A stretch of DNA of 64,000 nt, from IMG/VR virus record IMGVR_UViG_3300042558_004043. One strand, given 5' to 3'. Below are positions 43,801 through 54,141 of this stretch, piece by piece; within the stretch, counting starts at the first letter, position 1; every line of letters begins with the position of its first letter. The stretch comes from a virus. Taxonomy: Duplodnaviria > Caudoviricetes. The notes beneath the pieces are model-generated. The model made no database searches, had not been told where the DNA came from, and saw only the letters and a program-made list of their open reading frames with translations. The translations under genes and the position numbers were made by a program.

Positions 43801-46331
43801 CGGATTCAACCAGTGGTTTTGGAGGGTTCGGGTCCACTAGCCCGCCTACGGCGTGGAATTGTCAAAAAGATGCTCAAGAAATTGGTATAGTTTTTTTGGT
43901 AAGAGGTGTCGACCCATATAGTAGTAGGCAAACATGTTCTTACGACTTGAGTTTATTATTCGGATTCACAAGTTGGTTAACCGCTGGTTTAACTGTGGAA
44001 GGTCAATTTAAATTAAATATACCTATACAAAATAATCTTCGTAATGTTAGACATGGTTTAACAATAACTAACAATGGTTCTACTGATAGTTATTCTAGTC
44101 AATATCTTTTTTATCCATCTTATACTTTTTTACCCGACAGTTCCATGTATCAATCATATACTACTACTGCGACTTCATATTATCTAAAGGGGGATATTTC
44201 TGATACCGCTGGAGTTGATGGTAGTGCAATTACTGGAAATAGAGTTAGAAATAGTAATTGGTTTACCCGTTCATTTTGGTCAAGATGGGGTGGGATTTAT
44301 GCCTATGACCCAGATGTTGATGGAAGTTTTCCTTTAGGATGTAAATCCGTACTAGCTGATGATGATATTGGTGGATTTAATAATTTTGACAGCTTTAACC
44401 AACCTTCAAATACAAGAAATAGAGGTTATTTTCAAAATGAAATAGTTGAGGGTGCTGGAGTAATGTATTTAGACGCTAGCGAATACCAACCAATCCATTT
44501 TAACGCACCTATAGCTGGTAAAACAACACAATGTCAAGCCGGTAATGTTAGTGCTGGTTATTATTCATATTCATATAAGAGTTATTATTCAGAATCTCAA
44601 TATACTATAACGATGTCTAATTCACAAAGAATTGTTATGAGAGGAGATAGATTACCTACAAGTAGTGCGGAACAGTTGAATGGGACTTTATCTTATGCGT
44701 TACAATCTAACCAAAATTTTACATTATTCGAAGTTAGTGATGAGGGATATGTACAGTCTTCAGGTATCGGAAGTGGAGAAAACCCATCAGAGGTTGACGT
44801 TAGTGGAAATCCAACACTATCAGGGGCCGGTAATACTTTTACTTGTGAAGGGTTGGTTCCATTATCTTGTTATGAATATGACGTTAACGGATTTGTAACC
44901 GTGGCAGCGGCAAACGACACATGTTACACAAATGCGACTGGAGAAAATTATATACAGAATGGATGTTACCGATTAGTACAAATACCAATTGTAAGTCTCG
45001 TGAAAGACTTTCAATTATTGGCTGAGTGGTCGGCAAGAACTAAATTGGGATTTGCGGCATGTAGAAACATATATGGGTTAATTTTTACAAATTATTGGGT
45101 AAATGGAACATTATTCATGTTTCCTATTAAAAATAAAGTTAGATACACTGGACCAAATGACATTCCAGATAATGCTCCTTATTTATGTATTTGTCCTGAT
45201 GTCATGTTTGTTGATAACACAACAAATAATGCGTACTACAGGTCAGCACCTTATAAATATGGAACAGGTTTTATTGGAAGAGATGCGCCGGTTAATTGGG
45301 GAGGCCCTCGAATTGAAAAACCAAATTATCGAAATCTGATGTTCCCAACAACAGTCATGGATTTAGGACCTAGAACAAAATACACAACAGAATTAGTTTT
45401 AAGTGATGAATATTTGGGGTATGTTATGGATAGAATGTCAACAACATCATATCAAGACACTGCAGACCTTTTAAATCAGTTCATTATGTCACGTTTAATA
45501 TCTCAAACTTTAATTGGAATGATAGTAAGTCAGCTTGTTCCTGGTTTAAGTGTTATAAATGACCCTGTCAGGAGAATGTTTTCTAGAGGTTTCAATAAAG
45601 TTGATAGTGACTACGCACAAATGGTTGCCATAAATTCTCAGTTAGGAGTTTTTCCGTATGATGTCGATGAATATACTGTGCCTGACACAAGTGCGGTACC
45701 TTCGGCTCCAAATGGTTATTTATATATAAATCCGAGTAATTCTAAATTTAGTGTTTTCGGAGTTTTCTATCAGCAAAATTATGAGTTGAGAGATTGGTTA
45801 TCACCTCATAGATTACTTACAACACCAACTGGATATACATCTAATCCATGTACATATGAAGATTATCCCATATTCACGCAAAGAGTACCATTTTACCAAT
45901 GGTATATACAACCCAACAGAGATGGGGCCAGTGCTGATAGTATTTTTGGAGACCAACAAAATGATTGGTGGACACCACAACAGGCGGGAGGTCCCGACAT
46001 ATTTTTTACATCAAACTACCAAGGTATGGATAGATTGAATAGTGAGTTCATGCAACCCCAAAATAATACCGTGTATGGTTACCACGGAGGATATCTATTT
46101 AATGTAAATACTGCGGGAGAAGTGAGTGCCCAACCCCCAAATCCGGGTTCAATGCCTGAGTGGGACGTTGAATTCAATAATGGAGTATTTACTAAAGGTG
46201 ATAAGGTGTTTAATGCTAGAATTATGACACCGTCAGGACCTTACTACTTTTATTTCGGATTAAATAGAGGTAAAAGTGCATTTGATAGATTTTTAACTAA
46301 ATGGATACAAAGTGATACTTTCGAATTCTGA
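40884..46331 (+). CDS. 1815-aa probable virion protein: N-terminal Ig/carboxypeptidase-regulatory-like fold, long hydrophobic segment, Cys-rich regions
   Basis: GVVVGRVSANNGFGLPNVKVSIF...AKTNDSGDFMFFGVPIGAQTLHMDVD; located in the baseplate module after gp6. Confidence 0.6.
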   Translation: MSKSYRIRTQVGVDKAVNVLLEQDFEALEILSLKILQNQIYTRQCSDYGVVVGRVSANNGFGLPNVKVSIFVPLSDEDELNPIISELYPYKTLNDLNEDGYRYNLLPYEVSHGGHTPTGTFPSREDVLINQGLIEVFDKYYKYTAKTNDSGDFMFFGVPIGAQTLHMDVDLSDIGEFSLSPQDLIRLNLATENQVDGTKFRSSTNLGELPQIKQANRTVEVVPLWGQPEICYLGITRVDFDLSQEFGIKIEPAAIFMGSIFSNVDDKIIKRNCKADRKLGNMCSTITGPGQILSIRQTIALDNLSRPVLETFPLENGGNCIDDNGTWLIDLPMNLDYVYTSESGERLISTDPSIGIPTKSRYRFKVKWQQPPTLTGKILRGTYLVPNIKEWGWEETDKDPTVDPPSSIGEVVFGTCKKPEEIFITSEPYTIVKASYAFSLDWEDYGAGPDRDIMINEAIRCEDRFFEFLHSKVYTVSSLITEFRAAPDNDFRYLAIKDILNSECESTTNTFPANDGQKNNDIIYLLFTLLLNILIPVMFIVIIIAHIVALLTCIVSWILGALKIVICGIADFLNLLGNIPLLGLPFQLAAKPFEFLCEPLENAYEKMSEFCGSFGINLPVMVYPDCEFCPCEDPNAEIKPTNLDSLGIPGMDEALQAAGGTSVVHDFFSTTKWECNLVPQNWVWIGLSGQNNVATPIAGDDISNYIGALQTGGPSLGGLTFHSPIQQNIIVDDSDPNGNDNVDAWKMFTTSIPFFERINLLNTKAKYFSPTSNPGGGRNRIRVKFASDNAANTEFHEDNVLILFVKPSQLDNFESGKIYTPVEKKWSQDINLNLLTLTAQTQFGNLAVTGTTLGTPVLNSEGEITHFQRDISVFYANPNGSGNQGPINYTISASTGDLESGENFYKFPSDIEYFQVITGLTVFDYLALCNPGSTDETIRGRILSSYMDIIQDLFGDSNLVGDITNVTNLFYNPDSTSGFGGFGSTSPPTAWNCQKDAQEIGIVFLVRGVDPYSSRQTCSYDLSLLFGFTSWLTAGLTVEGQFKLNIPIQNNLRNVRHGLTITNNGSTDSYSSQYLFYPSYTFLPDSSMYQSYTTTATSYYLKGDISDTAGVDGSAITGNRVRNSNWFTRSFWSRWGGIYAYDPDVDGSFPLGCKSVLADDDIGGFNNFDSFNQPSNTRNRGYFQNEIVEGAGVMYLDASEYQPIHFNAPIAGKTTQCQAGNVSAGYYSYSYKSYYSESQYTITMSNSQRIVMRGDRLPTSSAEQLNGTLSYALQSNQNFTLFEVSDEGYVQSSGIGSGENPSEVDVSGNPTLSGAGNTFTCEGLVPLSCYEYDVNGFVTVAAANDTCYTNATGENYIQNGCYRLVQIPIVSLVKDFQLLAEWSARTKLGFAACRNIYGLIFTNYWVNGTLFMFPIKNKVRYTGPNDIPDNAPYLCICPDVMFVDNTTNNAYYRSAPYKYGTGFIGRDAPVNWGGPRIEKPNYRNLMFPTTVMDLGPRTKYTTELVLSDEYLGYVMDRMSTTSYQDTADLLNQFIMSRLISQTLIGMIVSQLVPGLSVINDPVRRMFSRGFNKVDSDYAQMVAINSQLGVFPYDVDEYTVPDTSAVPSAPNGYLYINPSNSKFSVFGVFYQQNYELRDWLSPHRLLTTPTGYTSNPCTYEDYPIFTQRVPFYQWYIQPNRDGASADSIFGDQQNDWWTPQQAGGPDIFFTSNYQGMDRLNSEFMQPQNNTVYGYHGGYLFNVNTAGEVSAQPPNPGSMPEWDVEFNNGVFTKGDKVFNARIMTPSGPYYFYFGLNRGKSAFDRFLTKWIQSDTFEF

Positions 46332-48124
46332 TGGGAAATAATAGTGAAATAAGAGTTTTATTAGGTTCACTTAGATATAAGTCGGCCTCTAATGTTGATT
46401 TCGGGTTTAAAGTACCATTTGTACAAACCACGAAACAAATTGTTGAGTACGATAAAAATATTGATTTAAATCTACAACAATTATTTGATGACGAGAGACA
46501 AAAATCCACTAAGTTTAGACCAAGTTCTAAGTTTTTATTTGTTTTTAAAAACTCATATACTGGAAGTTCGACTTATGAACCTTTCAGAAATAATCTATAC
46601 TATGTTGACGCTGAAAATGATGCTGCAGATGCTTGTGGAGGAGGTTCACCGGATTGGAATGGGTTTCCTCAGTATACCGAATTTGATTTTATAAGGACGG
46701 ATTATAATGCAACAGGTTACACACAACCAGATTCATCTACCCCTCCAAACTATCACTTAAGATTTCAGACACTTAGTGCTAGTTCATATAATTGGACTTT
46801 TTATATGAGTTATGCTTTTGAAAATGACTACAACAAACCATTAAGTGCTGTTATTTTGGATAAAGGTGTAAAATATACACTTAATTGGAATAGTGGTGAC
46901 GGTATACCATTTGTTGTAAGATTAACAGATGAAGGGGGTAAAGGATTGGTTTCATTTGTTTGTCCCGTAAAACATGGTATTACTGCCGGTGAATTTGTCA
47001 CTTTAAGTTTTAATTACACAACTACTACAGGACCAACAAATACTCTTCAAGTTTATTCAATTGGTGATAGTTTATATGGTACCGATGAATATATTTTTAA
47101 TTTGTTGAATCCAGGTTTCTTAGGGGTGACCTTTAATGAAGGAACTACGGGTACTGTTAAGAGAGTTGTAATAGATTCTAATTTGTCCGAAACAACTTCA
47201 AAATATTATATAAGACGAAATAAGATTTTAACGAATTCGGATGTTTCAGTTATGACAAAGGCCGCCTTCGAACAGAATATATTTAAAGATAATCGTAAAA
47301 TTGAAAGAGCCCCTTTAACACCAAATCAAATCAGGAGATTCTCAATTAAGGAAGGGTCTCAATCATATACCCTTAGTTTTAATGAAGACATAGATTTGGT
47401 AAATTTATTGGACAATCAAAAAAGACCTGTTTCAGAACTTTTTTACACAGTTATTTGGAGAGGATATTTTGGATGGATGAATGAGGTAAAACTAGGGTAC
47501 GATTTTAATTTACCTCTCGACCCAATAACACAAAGACCAACGACATGGTGGTCTTCACCTAATTCTAATTCTAATTTACCTACTGATTCATACGTTAATT
47601 TGGCCCCTTACGGAATTAGTCCTGCGGGTATTTCATATGTTTTTACTTACACGAATAATTTAATTTCGGGGGATACAATTGATGGTGATTTTTGTGAATG
47701 GAATGATTATGAACAAAATGAACGAGTAATATCAAACATATATCACAAACTCACATTCAATCAATTTAATTTTTCAGTTTCCATTTTTGTAGATGATGAA
47801 AATTATTTTAATCCGGGTTATTATTATCAACCATTACATCCGATTAGAATTAGGGCTTTTTCGGATTATATTGAAGAAAGTGAGACTACAAATGTTGAAG
47901 GAATACCAAATTGGGCATTTTTTTCACAAAATAGAAATTTATTTATTTGGAGAGACATATATACATATGGATACATTGATTCCGATGGGATTGGTGTGGA
48001 CCAACCGTTTTTGAATGGAAAACATCACCCATTTAAAAACATAATTTTTAGGTTAATACCTGAGGGTACAAATTATAGAGATACCACAAGTGTTGCCGAC
48101 CCATTAACTGACCCTTGTGAATAA
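46331..48124 (+). CDS. Hypothetical protein, probably structural (597 aa)
   Basis: TGATG overlap with the upstream stop; aromatic and beta-rich; no family recognised. Confidence 0.65.
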   Translation: MGNNSEIRVLLGSLRYKSASNVDFGFKVPFVQTTKQIVEYDKNIDLNLQQLFDDERQKSTKFRPSSKFLFVFKNSYTGSSTYEPFRNNLYYVDAENDAADACGGGSPDWNGFPQYTEFDFIRTDYNATGYTQPDSSTPPNYHLRFQTLSASSYNWTFYMSYAFENDYNKPLSAVILDKGVKYTLNWNSGDGIPFVVRLTDEGGKGLVSFVCPVKHGITAGEFVTLSFNYTTTTGPTNTLQVYSIGDSLYGTDEYIFNLLNPGFLGVTFNEGTTGTVKRVVIDSNLSETTSKYYIRRNKILTNSDVSVMTKAAFEQNIFKDNRKIERAPLTPNQIRRFSIKEGSQSYTLSFNEDIDLVNLLDNQKRPVSELFYTVIWRGYFGWMNEVKLGYDFNLPLDPITQRPTTWWSSPNSNSNLPTDSYVNLAPYGISPAGISYVFTYTNNLISGDTIDGDFCEWNDYEQNERVISNIYHKLTFNQFNFSVSIFVDDENYFNPGYYYQPLHPIRIRAFSDYIEESETTNVEGIPNWAFFSQNRNLFIWRDIYTYGYIDSDGIGVDQPFLNGKHHPFKNIIFRLIPEGTNYRDTTSVADPLTDPCE

Positions 48125-48932
48125 CAGTTATAGATTCATATTACCTGAAAATGACCAATCGATTGATATACCAGTCGAAATAAAATGGGATTTTCAGGGG
48201 CACACAGACAGTATTGAATTGTATGAGGACGAAGTGTTGGAAGAAATCATTGGACTACCTAAAGATTTTGAAATTTGCAGATTTGCCCATGATTTTTATG
48301 GTACCGATAGAATGAGTCAATTGGAGTATCAATTTTATTTTTTTAACGGAACTTCAGTTGATATACCAACTTCATTTAACACAGATTGGGTTATGAGTTA
48401 CCAACAAGCCGGATTTTCAATAACCGAATTATATTATAGAACAAGACCCGTAACAAAATCTTTTTTTAAAATTGATTTTTATGACACAACAGATGACCTT
48501 ACACAAAAAAATTATTTTACTATAATATTACCAACTGATTCAGTTAGAAGAGAGTCGGTTGTTTTAAATCCGACATTTGGGACAAATGCTGAAATAATAG
48601 TACCCAATTTTTTATTGGATTATGTCTTCGATAAGGAAGGTTTTTTTATTTATTGGTTGAGAGATTTTGAAATTCTAAGATTGTCAGAATTTTACATGTC
48701 TGTTAAATTTTTTGATGCAAAAAACGGAGCTTTTGTTAGAATGATGACAGAACCCCAATCACAACTTACAGGCTCGAGATATTTATTCGACCAAGAACTT
48801 TATTTCTATAGAAAAGTAAATTTGGACTACAACACTTTTACCTATAAAGTTTATGACATGATAACCGGATTAAGGGTCGGAGATGGAACACCACTTCAAT
48901 GGTATGAATATGTAAACCCCCCAGAATCATAA
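48117..48932 (+). CDS. Hypothetical protein, probably structural (271 aa)
   Basis: 8-nt overlap with the upstream gene; F/Y/D-rich. Confidence 0.65.
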   Translation: MNNSYRFILPENDQSIDIPVEIKWDFQGHTDSIELYEDEVLEEIIGLPKDFEICRFAHDFYGTDRMSQLEYQFYFFNGTSVDIPTSFNTDWVMSYQQAGFSITELYYRTRPVTKSFFKIDFYDTTDDLTQKNYFTIILPTDSVRRESVVLNPTFGTNAEIIVPNFLLDYVFDKEGFFIYWLRDFEILRLSEFYMSVKFFDAKNGAFVRMMTEPQSQLTGSRYLFDQELYFYRKVNLDYNTFTYKVYDMITGLRVGDGTPLQWYEYVNPPES

Positions 48933-50107
48933 TGGAAGATAGAACCTACCATATTAGAATTTCACCTGAGGTCATTAAAAATGATATTTTTGGTATTCCG
49001 TATATTGAAGATGAATATTCTCAAATAATACCATTTGACCCTTGTTGCTCTACCGGAACGACTGTTTTTGGTACTTTAACAGGTATTACCTACGTATATT
49101 CATCTATGACAGAAATTTTGTCAGGAGGAACTAATGGTGATTCTTTATTAACTGACTTATCGGTACCAATTTTTTTGAGTGAAAATTATATTGATATTGG
49201 ATACTATTCTGTTTTTGACGGAGCCGTTACACAAAAAGATACAATGTTAAATTTTTTATTTACAGGTGATACATCTACCCCTAACACTGTATATTTTTTT
49301 AATACCTCAGATAAAGAATTTAAAAAATATTTAGAATTTTCTAATTATTACATAGATTGGGGTGACGGAAGTCCGGTATTAACTGTTACCACAGTTTCAC
49401 CTAATTTTTATACTCATACTTATTCTTCGAATGATACTTATACCATATCGATGTCAGGATTAAGTCCATGGGGGTATAATGTTATAAAAAAAGATATTAC
49501 AATACCTATTACTGATATTATTATTAGTGACCCATATGGTACTGCTTATTTTACTCCCGCTGGAGGTAGTTGGTCGGCGACACCAATTCAGTATAATTAT
49601 ATATTTTCAGGAGATTCGATTTGTGAAACAACTGTGCCTTGCTGTGAGTTCACATCAATTCCTTTTGTTGTTACAGGATATACTCAATCGACTTTGAATG
49701 ATTTAACACAATACGGACCAAAAGGGGACCCTAGTAGACTTGGGGGTAAGTTTAAACCTAATGTTTTTGTCACAGGTTCGTCTGGTGCTCAAGGGATAGT
49801 TTATTCTCCGTCCCCTAATTCTTTATTCACGGCATACACGGTAAATGATATTGATTATTATGATTATGCCGACGGCACTACAATATTCGTAGTTCAATCA
49901 TCGGGGTGTTCTGATTTGTTTTGTTCTGCTATAACTAAGAATGAAGTTTTACTAAATGTTGTATTTGAACCTGAGGTACAGAGTAACATTTTTATTGAAA
50001 GAGGTAAAAATTCTGCGTTAGAAAGAATCCAAAGATTGGGGGAGATTGACAATATGGGTGACTTAGTTAATTATGGGTATGGATTCTTTAATATCGTAGA
50101 AATATAA
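48932..50107 (+). CDS. Probable structural protein with a PKD-like domain (391 aa)
   Basis: YYIDWGDGSP...THTYSSNDTYTISMSG matches the PKD WGDG/HTY pattern; TAATG overlap. Confidence 0.65.
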   Translation: MEDRTYHIRISPEVIKNDIFGIPYIEDEYSQIIPFDPCCSTGTTVFGTLTGITYVYSSMTEILSGGTNGDSLLTDLSVPIFLSENYIDIGYYSVFDGAVTQKDTMLNFLFTGDTSTPNTVYFFNTSDKEFKKYLEFSNYYIDWGDGSPVLTVTTVSPNFYTHTYSSNDTYTISMSGLSPWGYNVIKKDITIPITDIIISDPYGTAYFTPAGGSWSATPIQYNYIFSGDSICETTVPCCEFTSIPFVVTGYTQSTLNDLTQYGPKGDPSRLGGKFKPNVFVTGSSGAQGIVYSPSPNSLFTAYTVNDIDYYDYADGTTIFVVQSSGCSDLFCSAITKNEVLLNVVFEPEVQSNIFIERGKNSALERIQRLGEIDNMGDLVNYGYGFFNIVEI

Positions 50108-50121
50108 AACACAAAAAAAGG

Positions 50122-50128
50122 TATTTAT
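50122..50128 (+). promoter_or_regulatory. TATTTAT upstream motif
   Basis: 27 nt before the ATG at 50156. Confidence 0.45.
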
Positions 50129-50155
50129 AATAAAGTTTAATAATTTTCTAATAAA

Positions 50156-51064
50156 ATGGCTACAGGTACTTATGGAACTATACGACCCGCGGATGTCTCA
50201 CCAGAAGACGTTGAAATAATTTTGAATTATACACCGTCAAGAGATGAAACGAGTAACTTTCTTTTAACTAAATTAGATGCGCCTTCCATACTCAGACCAT
50301 ACTTTAATAACGCTGACACTGGAGGAAATCCTGATGTTGAAATTTTGGGTGGATTGTATAATCTAAAACTACCTGCAGATGTGTTTAATCGTATTGGAAT
50401 ATATACACTAATGATTAGACCTGCTCAAATAAGAACGACAATTTTAGATTGTGGTGTTTTATCGGCTTTACCAAACGTAAGAGGAATTGTTATTGATTTG
50501 AATTCAGTTCCATCACAGTATAGAAACAAATTTATAAATCAGGGTCTTGTTGGTTTTAGAGTTGAGTATTTAAACTCAGATGGAACTAAAATACCCAATT
50601 TTTTTAGAATTATAACCTCTTCATTTTTTTGTGACCCAGTTGTTCAAAACCTAACTAATACCTCAGCAAAGGCGATAAGATATAGATATACCGATAATAA
50701 TACCAATATAATTTTTTGTACATTATCACCTTCGTCAGCGCCATCAAACAAACCAAACGCAATACCCTATATCGGACAACCAAATCAAGATATAATCATA
50801 ACAAATACATTTTTCAACCCAATAACCCTCGATATTGAGATTGCGGAACATGACTTTTCAACTATTGCAATTGCTCTATTTGGTAATCAGAGTAAGTCAA
50901 TTGATGATGGAATTTATACAATGTACGATACACAAAATAACATTTATAGACAATACAATTTATACGAAATTAGAGACCAATTTAATAATTTATTATTTGA
51001 AGTTAGACAAGATAGAGGTAACAATATCGACTTCAGTAAGAACTTTACAAATATAATTTCTTAA
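50156..51064 (+). CDS. Hypothetical protein, probably structural (302 aa)
   Basis: Clean ORF in the baseplate module; no family recognised. Confidence 0.65.
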   Translation: MATGTYGTIRPADVSPEDVEIILNYTPSRDETSNFLLTKLDAPSILRPYFNNADTGGNPDVEILGGLYNLKLPADVFNRIGIYTLMIRPAQIRTTILDCGVLSALPNVRGIVIDLNSVPSQYRNKFINQGLVGFRVEYLNSDGTKIPNFFRIITSSFFCDPVVQNLTNTSAKAIRYRYTDNNTNIIFCTLSPSSAPSNKPNAIPYIGQPNQDIIITNTFFNPITLDIEIAEHDFSTIAIALFGNQSKSIDDGIYTMYDTQNNIYRQYNLYEIRDQFNNLLFEVRQDRGNNIDFSKNFTNIIS

Positions 51065-54000
51065 TGGCGATAAAAAAATTTATCTGTCCGCCGACACCGG
51101 CATCTGGCAGTGGGACATTCTCGGATAATTTGGTTGGATTTCAATTAGTCCAAGGAGGAGGTCTTACGCAAGGTAACTTTCAATTCACAAACGCAGTTAC
51201 AGAAAAGGTAGATAGAACATTTTATACGGGTGTTTTTTCAGACCCAATCAATTTGGAAAATTTGGGTATTGTAACTGTAGAACAGTCCAAATTAATTTTT
51301 GAGAATAATTTTAAAGTATATCCGAATTTTGATTTAACTCAGATAAATAATTTCGTCCAATATGGGTCAATGCCCAAAAGGATTTCAACATCTGTCACAA
51401 AAATAATTAGTTATTTTCCTGCGGCCATTGAATCCCACAAAATGGGTTTAAACTATAAAACAGGTGCGACCGCAACAAATATTGTATATGATATAGTTCA
51501 GGGAATAACATCATTTGATTTAGACATTGCAAAATTAAGAAATCCATTTGATGTTGATTTTACAGTAAATTCTACAAGAAACCTTTCATTAAAAGACATT
51601 GAGGTTTCTGTTCTTAGAAATTTGACAGTAGAATTTTCTAAGTATTCATTATATTACGATAATGAAGGGTATGAGTTATCAAGTATTATACCCACCAACT
51701 CTTTAACTAGTGGTGTTTTAACAATAACGGTTAAAGGAAATCCATTCTCAGGGGAAAGTGTTGTTTATAATACATTAGTTATTAGACCAAATGATTATGA
51801 AGTAAATAAAGTTTACAATGAGGATTTTGATGAGGTTGAGAATTTTTTGTTAAATAGGAATCAAACTCCAAAGTATACTTGTTCGTTTAGAAGTCCAAAA
51901 GAGGCGGACGACGGAACTTTCTTTATTACAAATGTCACTGCAACTTGGCCCACAAATGGAGTATGGAATTTGGACATATATACTGCAAATTTTGATAACT
52001 ATTTGGTCCAATTGGATGAGATAAGTCAAAATTTTGACTCCTTTAAATCAAACCTAATATCCCGTTTTTTAACAACTGGTGCCTTCAAAGATTTTGATAC
52101 GATAGGACAAAAGATGGAAAAGGTTTTACAAATTTATGGACGTAGTTTTGATGAAACGAATATGTTCATAAATGCGTTGGCCTTTATGAATTCTGTAAAT
52201 TATACTGTTAAGAATGATATACCATCACAACTTTTAAAAAATTTAGCTCAAACCTTAGGATGGGCAACAAATATATCACCGATAACAAATGATGATTTTT
52301 TATCTTCTGTTTTTGGACAAAAAAATAGCGGGCCATCTGATTTTACAGGAGTCGCAGTAAAATCAACTCCTGATGAATTAAATTATCAATATTATAGAAA
52401 TCTTGTATTAAATTCGGCATACCTATTCAAATCTAAGGGGACTAGAAAGTCTATTGAAAACTTATTAAAATTAATTGGAGCGCCTGACGCTTTGGTTGAA
52501 TTTAATGAATATGTGTATGTTGCGGACCAAAAAATCAACATGTCCCAATTTAACACTCAATTTTTACAAATATCGGGAGGTACCTACATAAACGAAACAG
52601 CGGTTTTAGACCCAACAAATGTTTTTTCTATTTTTGGAACAACTTATACAGGTTACACGACATCACTGGTTATTAAGGATGTAAATGTATTGAGAGATGA
52701 TTTTCCGATGGATGATGAGGGATATCCCACTACCCCAGAAGACAATGAAAGTTTTTATTTTCAAATAGGTTCGGGTTGGTTTGAATCAACACCACAACAC
52801 AGGTCCCCTGAGCAAGTTGATTTAACGAATAGTGTGTTTACAGGTTCTAATCCGAACTATCAAACACAATTAACCCCTTTTACATATGGTCAAATTTATT
52901 TGAATCGTTTCAGAAATTTCCCATTTATGAACTTGGGATATGAATTGACTTCAGTTGTTGATAATAATAAAAGTTGGACTAACGATGAGGTTGGACAAAG
53001 AGTAAATATTGACGGAGCGTTTAATGCTCGATACGTTGTTGATGACGAAAGGCTTGTTTTAAATGTAAAAAATATTGAAGTATTTTTAAATCCAGGTCAG
53101 GCCTTACTATACGACGTTTGGTATATGTCAAGACAATATAATTACCCTATACCAAACCAAGGATTATTCTATCAAAGACCAACGAGGTGTAATCCAAATC
53201 CAAACATCGAATATCCTTATAGAGGAGGTGTCGATTGGACAGAGATAAATCCTCAACCCAAAAGAAAATCGTTTTTTGAATTTGCTCAAACATTTTGGCA
53301 TAATACAATTAATGTTAGAAATAGACAGTTCCAAAGTGACGGTAAAACAGGAGGTTACCCTACATTACAATCAATTTTTTGGAAATATCTTAATTCTAAT
53401 AAAAAAACTAACGATAGTAGGTCAAACGGGTTACCATGTTCTCAAGTTTTTGCAGATATAGATGACGGACCTGGCATAGAAAACAATAATTTCAATTATC
53501 AAAATATGATTGAATATGTTAATGGACTTGGTGACTATTGGGTAAGATTGGTTGAACAAATGGTTCCGGCTACTACTATATGGAACACAGGTGTAAAATA
53601 TGAAAATTCAATTTTCCATAGACAAAAATTCGTATGGAGGAGACAATCAGGATGTAACTTTGTTCCTGAAAGATGTAATTCTTGTGCTACAACTGCCAGC
53701 ATATTTCCGTTCGATTGTCCGCAAGTTTCGTCCACTTGTCCTCTTTACCCATGGACGACACAGATAAAAAATTTCAATGATATTTTAAGTTATACTTTAT
53801 CTATGTATCTTAATCCACAAGGAATTTATTTAAATGATTGTGAATTGAATACTATGCAAACCATTTGGTTTGTGGATATTTTAATAAATGATACTTCAGT
53901 ATCTAATTATTCTTTTTTTGAAGGACAAGGTTTTGGAGTTAATGGGGTTAGTTCTCCGACTGAGGAAGAGTGGGTATCGGCTTTAACTGGTACCTTGGAT

Positions 54001-54141
54001 AGTTTAGAAAATTCAGGTTATAGTTATTATTTAACAAATGACGAAGAAATAGTGATTTATTTGACTAATTGTGAATACCAACCAGGTAACTTGAATTTGA
54101 AAATAAATGTAGGAATAAATTTCGAAATATATTGTAATTAA
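51064..54141 (+). CDS. Baseplate wedge protein with a P2 gpI/gp7-like domain (1025 aa)
   Basis: IPSQLLKNLAQTLGW...YLFKSKGTRKSIENLLKLIG...VEFNEY, typical of gpI-like wedge proteins. Confidence 0.65.
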   Translation: MAIKKFICPPTPASGSGTFSDNLVGFQLVQGGGLTQGNFQFTNAVTEKVDRTFYTGVFSDPINLENLGIVTVEQSKLIFENNFKVYPNFDLTQINNFVQYGSMPKRISTSVTKIISYFPAAIESHKMGLNYKTGATATNIVYDIVQGITSFDLDIAKLRNPFDVDFTVNSTRNLSLKDIEVSVLRNLTVEFSKYSLYYDNEGYELSSIIPTNSLTSGVLTITVKGNPFSGESVVYNTLVIRPNDYEVNKVYNEDFDEVENFLLNRNQTPKYTCSFRSPKEADDGTFFITNVTATWPTNGVWNLDIYTANFDNYLVQLDEISQNFDSFKSNLISRFLTTGAFKDFDTIGQKMEKVLQIYGRSFDETNMFINALAFMNSVNYTVKNDIPSQLLKNLAQTLGWATNISPITNDDFLSSVFGQKNSGPSDFTGVAVKSTPDELNYQYYRNLVLNSAYLFKSKGTRKSIENLLKLIGAPDALVEFNEYVYVADQKINMSQFNTQFLQISGGTYINETAVLDPTNVFSIFGTTYTGYTTSLVIKDVNVLRDDFPMDDEGYPTTPEDNESFYFQIGSGWFESTPQHRSPEQVDLTNSVFTGSNPNYQTQLTPFTYGQIYLNRFRNFPFMNLGYELTSVVDNNKSWTNDEVGQRVNIDGAFNARYVVDDERLVLNVKNIEVFLNPGQALLYDVWYMSRQYNYPIPNQGLFYQRPTRCNPNPNIEYPYRGGVDWTEINPQPKRKSFFEFAQTFWHNTINVRNRQFQSDGKTGGYPTLQSIFWKYLNSNKKTNDSRSNGLPCSQVFADIDDGPGIENNNFNYQNMIEYVNGLGDYWVRLVEQMVPATTIWNTGVKYENSIFHRQKFVWRRQSGCNFVPERCNSCATTASIFPFDCPQVSSTCPLYPWTTQIKNFNDILSYTLSMYLNPQGIYLNDCELNTMQTIWFVDILINDTSVSNYSFFEGQGFGVNGVSSPTEEEWVSALTGTLDSLENSGYSYYLTNDEEIVIYLTNCEYQPGNLNLKINVGINFEIYCN

